From the NCBI GenBank assembly GCA_046290825.1, contig JBKBTZ010000005.1:6873-70872 (forward strand): 64,000 nt of DNA, in the 5' to 3' direction. The position numbers and the translations under genes were made by a program. Source of the DNA: Limisphaerales bacterium. GTDB lineage: Bacteria > Verrucomicrobiota > Verrucomicrobiia > Limisphaerales > DSYF01. The notes under the pieces were generated by a model that had not been told where the DNA came from, ran no database searches, and worked only from the letters and a program-made list of their open reading frames with translations. Positions 59,873 to 64,000 of this stretch are shown piece by piece; positions within the stretch are counted from its first letter, which is position 1, and the number at the start of each line of letters is the position of its first letter.

Positions 59873-61669
59873 TCAGGCCTTGGGCGGTTCGTTCTGCGGG
59901 GAATAATCCTTCTCCGCGCCGGGCACGCTGTATTCGTAGGGGCCGCGATACACGGTGACGGGCCGGGTGAAATTACCGTGGCCGGGCGGGGTGGGCGTCT
60001 GCCATTCGAGGGTGGTCGAGTTCCAGGGGTTGTCATTCGCCGCCGGGCGGCCCTTGAAGATGCTGTGGAAGAAATTGATGATGAACGGAATCTGCGCCAG
60101 CAGCAGCCCGGCCGCCGCCCACATGATGAACTTGTTCAGGTAGAGCAGGTCGGGGGCGAGCAGGTAGTTGATCCCGCCGTCGGCCATGCGCCGCAACATT
60201 CCGCCCATGCCCTGCGCGAACATCGGCATGAACACCAGGTTCATGAACAGCAGCGAGCCCCAGAAATGCACCCGGCCCCAGAATTCGTTCAGATGCCGCC
60301 CGGTGATCTTGGGATACCAGTAGTAGATGCCGGCGAAGATGGCGAAGATCGTGCCCGGCGCGACGACGTAATGGAAGTGCCCGATGACGTAATAGGTGTC
60401 GTGCAGGTGGATGTCGCTGATGTTGAAGCCCAGCGGCAGACCGGTCAGACCACCGATGGCGAACATCGGCAGGAACGCGGTGGCGAAGAGCATGGGGGTG
60501 TTGAACCGGATCGAGCCGCCCCAAAGCGAAATCAACAGGCACGTCAGAATGATGACTGAGGGGATCGAGATGATCATCGTGGTGGTTTGGAAAAACGTGG
60601 CGATCTTGGTGCTCATGCCGGTCATATACATGTGGTGCGCCCACACGATGAACGAGATGAAGCCGAGCATCAGTGCCGAATACACCAGCGTCTTGTAGCC
60701 CCAGATGGGCTTGCGGGTGTTGTTGGCCACCACCTCGGCCACGATGCCGAGCGCGGGCAGGATCAGCACATAGACCTCAGGATGCGCCAGGAACCAGAAC
60801 AGGTGCTGCCACAACAGCGGACTGCCGCCGCCGGAAATGTTGGCCAGTTCGCCCCCCACCGCGAGGCCCGTGGGCAGGAAAAAGCTGGTGCCGAACACCT
60901 TGTCCATGAGCTGCATGATGCTGGCGGCTTCCAACGGCGGGAACGCCAGCAACAACAGGAACGCCGCCACAAACTGCGACCACACGAAGAACGGCAGCCG
61001 CATCCACGTCAGGCCCGGCGCCCGCAACTGGATGATGGTGGCGATGATGTTCGCCGAACCCAGCAGCGACGAGCTGATGAGGAAGACCATGCCGATGAGC
61101 CAGTAGGTCTGGCCGTCGGTTGGGATGGCGTTGGCCAGCGGGGGATACGAGGTCCAGCCCGACTGCGCCGCGCCGCCCGGGACAAAAAAGCTGGTGAACA
61201 TCACGACGCCGCCGAGGAAATAAAGCTGGAAGCTGGCCATGTTCAGCTTGGGAAACGCCATGTCAATCGCCCCGATCTGGAGCGGGACGAAGTAGTTGCC
61301 AAAGGCGCCCGTCAACAGCGGCACGATCGCAAGAAACACCATGATGGTGCCGTGCATCGCCCCGAACGAGTTGTAGAGGTCCGGCGACATGATGCCGTTG
61401 GCGGCGGGCTGTCCCAGCGCCCACGCGAGAATTGGACCGACGAGCGGGATGGGCTGGCCCGGGTTGGCGATCTGCCAGCGCATCATCATCATCAGCCCGA
61501 AGCCGAACAGCAGGAACAGCAGGGCGGTGACGCCGTATTGAATGCCGACGACCTTGTGGTCACAGGAGAAGATGTAGTTCGTCCAGAAGCCGCTGGGCGC
61601 GTGATGCGCGTGGTCGTCGTGATGCGCGGCGTGCGCGGCGTCAACGGTGCTTGCGTGAGTGGTGGCCAT
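59873..61669 (-). CDS. coxA: Cytochrome c oxidase subunit I (A1 type)
   Basis: MHGT, GWTSYPPL, HPEVY, WAHHM, HDTYYVIGHFHY. Confidence 0.97.
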   Translation of the reverse strand: MATTHASTVDAAHAAHHDDHAHHAPSGFWTNYIFSCDHKVVGIQYGVTALLFLLFGFGLMMMMRWQIANPGQPIPLVGPILAWALGQPAANGIMSPDLYNSFGAMHGTIMVFLAIVPLLTGAFGNYFVPLQIGAIDMAFPKLNMASFQLYFLGGVVMFTSFFVPGGAAQSGWTSYPPLANAIPTDGQTYWLIGMVFLISSSLLGSANIIATIIQLRAPGLTWMRLPFFVWSQFVAAFLLLLAFPPLEAASIMQLMDKVFGTSFFLPTGLAVGGELANISGGGSPLLWQHLFWFLAHPEVYVLILPALGIVAEVVANNTRKPIWGYKTLVYSALMLGFISFIVWAHHMYMTGMSTKIATFFQTTTMIISIPSVIILTCLLISLWGGSIRFNTPMLFATAFLPMFAIGGLTGLPLGFNISDIHLHDTYYVIGHFHYVVAPGTIFAIFAGIYYWYPKITGRHLNEFWGRVHFWGSLLFMNLVFMPMFAQGMGGMLRRMADGGINYLLAPDLLYLNKFIMWAAAGLLLAQIPFIINFFHSIFKGRPAANDNPWNSTTLEWQTPTPPGHGNFTRPVTVYRGPYEYSVPGAEKDYSPQNEPPKA

Positions 61670-61698
61670 GGGTTCAGGGCAAGGAGTTCAAGGGATGC

Positions 61699-62607
61699 CT
61701 ACTTCAACTTGTCGCCGACCAGCAGGGTCAGCAGCAACGGCAGATAAATGATCGAGGAGTAAAACAGTTGCCGGGCAGCCGTCAGTGACAGGGCGCGGGC
61801 AAAACGGAAAGCAAAGGCCGCGTAGGCCACCCCAAGCAGCAGCGCGCCCCCGAGATAGACCGGGCCCGCCAGCTTGAACAGGAAGGGCAGCATGCTGACG
61901 CCCAGCAGCGCCAGCGTGTGGCTGACGGCCTGCGCGCCGGTCCGGGAACCGTCCGCGTCCACGGCGGGGAGCATGACGAAGCCGGCGCGGGCGTATTCGT
62001 CGCGGTAGAGCCAGGCGATGGCAAAGAAGTGCGGCAACTGCCACAGCGCGAGGATGCCGAAAAGGGTCCAGCCCTCGGGACTCAACTGGCCGCTGGCCGC
62101 CGTCCAGCCCATCAGCGGCGGGATCGCGCCGGGAATTGCTCCGACGGCGGTGTTCAGCCAGGTGACGCGCTTGAGCGGCGTGTAGAGGAACAGGTAGGTC
62201 AGGAGCGTCACCGCGCCGAGGATGCAGGTGAGATAATTCACCGCGAGCGCGAGATAAAGCAGTCCGCCCACCGAGCAAACGCCGCCAAAGAGCAGAACGG
62301 TTTCCGGGGTCAGTTCCCCGGCCGGCAGCGGGCGCGTGGCCGTGCGCCGCATCCGGGCGTCATATTCCCGTTCCAGCAATTGATTGAGCGCCGCCGCGCC
62401 GCCCGCCAGCAGTGCCGTGGCCAGCATGGTGTGGAACAGCCGCGCATAGTCGGTGGCCCCGCTCGTGCCGAGGTAGAACCCAACCAGCGTGGTCAGCAGC
62501 ACCAGCAACGTGAGCCGCGCCTTGGTCAGGTCGCACACGATGGCCACCCAGCCGCGCGCGGACGCGGCACCACGGTCAAGGGAGGAGGACGTCGCCTTCG
62601 GATTCAT
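61699..62607 (-). CDS. ctaB: Protoheme IX farnesyltransferase
   Basis: NQLLEREYDARMRRTATRPL, YTPLKR, GAIPP, WQLPHF. Confidence 0.95.
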   Translation of the reverse strand: MNPKATSSSLDRGAASARGWVAIVCDLTKARLTLLVLLTTLVGFYLGTSGATDYARLFHTMLATALLAGGAAALNQLLEREYDARMRRTATRPLPAGELTPETVLLFGGVCSVGGLLYLALAVNYLTCILGAVTLLTYLFLYTPLKRVTWLNTAVGAIPGAIPPLMGWTAASGQLSPEGWTLFGILALWQLPHFFAIAWLYRDEYARAGFVMLPAVDADGSRTGAQAVSHTLALLGVSMLPFLFKLAGPVYLGGALLLGVAYAAFAFRFARALSLTAARQLFYSSIIYLPLLLTLLVGDKLK

Positions 62608-62794
62608 TCAGATAGGGTCAACTCGGGGTGGCGGCGGGCTGGTTTCCCGGGCCGCAAGGGGCCTGAATTGCCAAAACTTGCCGGGCACCGCAACAACGGA
62701 AGTTAATACGAAATGCCATGAGGGTGATTAACAAGCAGCATAATAAACCTTGTCGCGGCTACAGCGCCGCCGCCGACACGCCGGCCCGGTGGCC

Positions 62795-63376
62795 TCACGG
62801 CGAGGGATTTGGCGGCTTGTTCGTTTTGACTGACTCGCAGATTTCAACACGAAGCTTGGGAAAGACGAACTTCCGCAGCTTGTCGCTGACATCGTTGATG
62901 GCCTCGTTGGCAATCTGCTCGAAAGGCCGGTCATAAGACGATGGGTGCCAGGTATTCGCGGATGGGATGGTTGAAACCCCCGGAAGATGGATGCCTGCCG
63001 CGTGCATCGCCGCATCATTTCTGGCTGCCAAGCCCAACAAATCCCACCGATAGGCCTGTCTCCCCATAAAGGTTGCGATGCTGTGAGAGCCAAGACTGTT
63101 TGGCCCCGGCTCATCGTCTGTTGCAGGATCCCAAATTGACTTGTCGGGAACATCCGAGACCGTGACCCGAACGGAGAATTCGCCAAGCCTGCGTTGTGAA
63201 AAATCGATGGTGATAAAGTAGTAGATGCCGCGGTCAAGCACGTAATCGTCACACCGGAATTTGCAGCCCTTCGGCAGGACCGGAACCTCGTTCAGTTCCA
63301 CTGGACGGAGAAACGGAAATTCCTCAGCCCACTTTTGCCGGAGCATCTTTAGAAACTTTTTCTGTTCGCTGGACAT
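62795..63376 (-). CDS. Hypothetical protein, putative immunity protein
   Basis: Lower GC than core genes; starts 9 bp after the toxin-like fragment. Confidence 0.55.
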   Translation of the reverse strand: MSSEQKKFLKMLRQKWAEEFPFLRPVELNEVPVLPKGCKFRCDDYVLDRGIYYFITIDFSQRRLGEFSVRVTVSDVPDKSIWDPATDDEPGPNSLGSHSIATFMGRQAYRWDLLGLAARNDAAMHAAGIHLPGVSTIPSANTWHPSSYDRPFEQIANEAINDVSDKLRKFVFPKLRVEICESVKTNKPPNPSP

Positions 63377-63385
63377 GACGGTTTC

Positions 63386-63709
63386 CTACGAGCCGGCCCA
63401 CCTTGATAGATAGCTGAACAACCCTTCAACGCCGTAAACAAATCTTACCCCTTGCGGACTGCCCGCGGCTTGCAACACCAACTGTTCGGCTTCTGCCACG
63501 TTTGCGGGGGATTTCAAAGCCCAAACTACAACCTCTCGATTTGAGCCTTGGGTAGTCCACTGAGAGAATTGTTGAACTTGAGACCCCATGCGCGTCAAAG
63601 CATCTCCAGCCCGTGGGAGTTGATATTTGCCTTCTACAAGTCGCACTGCGTCGCCCACGCGCAAAAGAAAATCAGGGCGTCTTGATAGCCCTTGTAGAAC
63701 GGGCTCCTC
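63386..63709 (-). pseudogene. 3' fragment of a PD-(D/E)XK nuclease toxin-like gene cut by ISAs1
   Basis: Frame stays open upstream of the ORF-track TTG up to the IS end: EEPVLQGLSRRPDFLLRVGDAVRLVEGKY. Confidence 0.65.
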
Positions 63710-63710
63710 T

Positions 63711-64000
63711 CAGGGCGTTTGGCTGGCAGGCTCATAGAACTGGGCGGGAGTTGAGGATGAGGCGCAAGGCGCGGTGAGGATGGCGGTGGTATGCTTCAAA
63801 GAAGTGCGCCAAGGGCTGGCCGGGCTCAAAAGGGATCAGGGCCAGCAGGACGTTGCGGGTGAGCGCCAGGTTGAGCGCGGCCTTGGGTTTGCGATGGCGG
63901 TGCCGGTCTTCCTGCCAGGCGCTGGCGTCGCGCTTGTGGTGGTTGCGGTTTTCCACCGACCAGTGCCCGCGCACCGCCTCGGTCGCGCGCTTCTTTTCGC
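63711..64000 (-). mobile_element. ISAs1-family insertion sequence, right end (partial transposase 63732-64000)
   Basis: RGHWSVENRNHHKRD...EDR transposase motif; terminus starting CAGGG at 63711; GC rises at the junction. Confidence 0.88.

Noticed and set aside
62740-62830. Possible attC or REP downstream of the putative immunity gene
   Set aside because: Only short imperfect palindromes; attC consensus ends are not met.

Overview
High-GC bacterial chromosome segment. Gene content suggests Verrucomicrobiota (Pedosphaerales/Limisphaerales-like); this is an inference. Left to right: a partial alpha-2-macroglobulin gene, a NUDIX + degenerate MazG pair, a stand-alone C-terminal half of carB, hicBA, recQ and an RRM protein. 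Next is a B12-dependent CarH/LitR photoreceptor divergent from a C30-type carotenoid operon (crtN, aldH, crtP, acyltransferase, crtQ; no synthase), with visible operator repeats. Then tRNA-Val(CAC), an orphan addB, pduO, PTS IIA, and three secreted glycoside hydrolases sharing an 'RFYR' C-terminal domain, with vapBC and an STN-like/S8 protease among them. These are followed by an NSS transporter with a small subunit, surface-glycan genes, an ArsR/DUF2892/RND module, LOG, hisG, a 33-aa bS22-like protein missed by the ORF track, a TPR lipoprotein and an aa3-type oxidase operon. The right edge holds an ISAs1 element cutting a PD-(D/E)XK toxin-like gene that precedes a putative immunity gene. Most unusual signal: two accessory genes inside one cell-envelope operon (one a 23S-rRNA-IVS/bAvd-like four-helix bundle) are each bracketed by mutually complementary 7-bp tandem arrays, and related heptamer arrays lie in-frame inside addB and the carotenoid acyltransferase. 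All family calls come from motif recognition by eye; no searches were run.
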